Assembly (NCBI GenBank): GCA_964035545.1
Contig: OZ037765.1
Coordinates: 13,030,698-13,094,697 of the forward strand
Reading direction: 5' to 3'
Source of the DNA: Bugula neritina
Taxonomy: Eukaryota; Animalia; Bryozoa
Length of the DNA stretch: 64,000 bases
Made by a program: the position numbers and the translations under genes. Position 1 is the first letter of the stretch. Every line of letters begins with the position of its first letter. Under the pieces are notes generated by a model. It was not told where the DNA came from, ran no database searches, and saw only the letters and a list, made by a program, of their open reading frames with translations. Below, one piece after another: positions 61,877-64,000 of the stretch.

Positions 61877-64000
61877 GTAGGGGTTATCTCCCTTAACATC
61901 CCTACTTCCTCTTCATTGAACATTTTACACCTTCTTTTGAAAACAAGTGGGAATTTGCCCACCAATGATCAAATGTCTTAGCAACTGTAAATAAATCAGA
62001 GCAATAATAACCTCCCTATATCAGATGTAGCACTATTGGGCCTATCCACTTTCATAGCCCCTTCCTATAAGTTACTATCAACACCAGACAGACCTTGGGG
62101 TTTATCTATAGTACAAAGTTTATACACAGCACCCAATACACCACCAGTAACCCTCACTGTAGACTATTGGTTAGCAACATGTAACTTTATATAAAGATGT
62201 TGAATGCAGCTCAAACAAGCGGTTCAGCTGATGTGTAGAAAGAGTCTATTCTAGCGATATGATAGAGTCCTCGCCCCTCTTATTATGCATTGCTATTATT
62301 TTGCCCAAGGTAATTTCATTGAAAACCCACTGAGATGCCAAATTATTTTCTTGGCTAGCTATTGTTGTTAATGAATACAATATTAAGTTAATTTTGCCCA
62401 CAATAAGAGCTACTTATTTGTGTTGACTGTTTAGAAAAAAAGCAATGAATGGGCTGTCACATCTCTGAGGGGAAATAGAATCCTTTCATTAGCAGAATTG
62501 AAATTGATTCCGTGAGATTGCCTAGCACACATACATTTCAGAATTTGCATAATACCGAGCATAGTATAGTATATTGTTTGAACTTGAGGTAAAACTTTCC
62601 ACAGTGGAAGCCATGGGAGTAATAGTTGTACTGTCCCTGCCCACTGCAATCTATAAGGGCTTTACAATACACCCTGGCTAACCTATTTCATACTGCTTTC
62701 GTGAACCAGTTGTTTTGGTCCAACTATAAATAAAATAAAACATATTGAGCGTTCTTATCAAATGTGTAATTTTACAAGTTCTTTGGCAAGACTACTTCCA
62801 GCAGTTTGTAAGTCAATTATAAGTGATGTCTCTAAATCGTAGTGTTCACTGTGAAGTGATGCCTGAGTGAATGTGTTCATTTATTCAGTGATTCATGGCT
62901 AATTGACTTTCTTCACTGAGTTAGTAGAACACCTGAGACTTGTCTAGATTACAACATGACTCACATTCTAACCTTCTTAGACATACTTGTACTCGTGAAG
63001 CCTCTCCAACTCTAAATCGTGGTGTTACTTATGTTCAGTTTACAAATGTCTCAGCCAAGCTGTCACAGTGGGCAATGAAGTACTGCTGATTATGCCATCT
63101 TGTTACTCTCATGTAAAAGCAATGCTGTAACCACAAAGGGCTGTTTTATTTTAAAACGTATTGAATTCTGGCAACTAGCAGTGAATTTTAACAATAATTG
63201 TCCACCAACTGTAGTTTTTATTGTGGTATTTTGCCTTTTATTTATTTCTAAAAATACTTAAAACATCCATAAATATGTTTTCTGAGTAAATACTAAATAG
63301 CTGTTAATATGCTGGATATATTTTTATCTTATAAAATGGAGCTTGAAAATTGTATTTAAGTATAAAGGTCTTGTAAGAAGGTCCTTGGTCTATTCAAGCC
63401 TAAGTACTAGATTATCCAGTAAAAACCTCAAAAATCACAGAATGGAATTACATATGATAGGCATCAGCCTGGGTAAAATATTCTATGTATGTAGTAAGCC
63501 CTATAATAGGCAGTCATGCATGCGAAGCAATAATACCATGCAATCTGTAAAATTACAGTTGATTGTTTGTGAGAAGAATCGGTGAACATGTAGTGCGTCC
63601 CTATAGAGAAAAAGTGTCATCTTAAATCCTGAATTAATGAACTGTTTAGCTAGTAGACACCTGTCTACTTGTGGTGTGGGTCTGTGTGTGTCTCAGTGGC
63701 ATTTGTTAGAAGCATCTACTGATAAATACCCAAGATAGCATGGAGAGTAAACTGCAGTAAGATATCAAGTGCCAACTTGCTCTAGTTGGCCACTGCTACG
63801 GAAAAATTGGGTGTGAACAGCTGCTGTTACCAATTTTTTTACAACTCAAGTTCAAATCCTTGAAAAGTATAGTAAATAAATGCAGATTATCATTTGGACA
63901 CTTGGCTGTTGAAATCAGAAATCACAAAAACAGATACACCTTAAAAAGTAATGTTTTTAACTGAAGATTTTATTGCTGGCACAATTATGTGCATTGAATA

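Noticed and set aside
1-64000. CRISPR arrays, operons, rRNA, prokaryotic defence systems
   Set aside because: The sequence is intron-containing animal-type DNA; no regularly spaced repeat-spacer array or rRNA-like sequence was seen.

Overview
AT-rich eukaryotic (invertebrate animal-like) genomic window with spliceosomal GT-AG introns. I found no prokaryotic features, CRISPR arrays, rRNA or convincing functional tRNA. Six protein-coding loci can be reconstructed by hand. (1) The 5' part of a minus-strand Q/P/S-rich probable transcription factor, with an immediate-early-type promoter (TATA, perfect CRE, CArG boxes). (2) A complete 10-exon transglutaminase (725 aa, minus) whose N-terminal exon carries NLS-like and YNLRxR motifs. 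(3) A 3-exon two-SH3 adaptor (758 aa, plus) resembling the Dlish family, with an MG-polybasic N-terminus. (4) A 6-exon C2H2 zinc-finger protein (~1105 aa, plus) with many PxDLS-type CtBP motifs. (5) A 227-aa orphan (minus). (6) The first coding exon of an unidentified plus-strand protein. Repeats include an R4/Dong-type LINE relic and a tRNA-Thr-derived SINE family; one SINE copy has a 19-bp TSD and is split by a 2.15-kb TIR element. There is also a 3.5-kb foldback whose outer 664 bp are identical while the inner arms are diverged, a probable solo LTR with a GC hairpin, a perfect 223-bp AT palindrome, and drifting hexamer arrays beside CpG-containing promoter-like patches. All gene models and family assignments come from manual reading and memory of the families; no searches were run.
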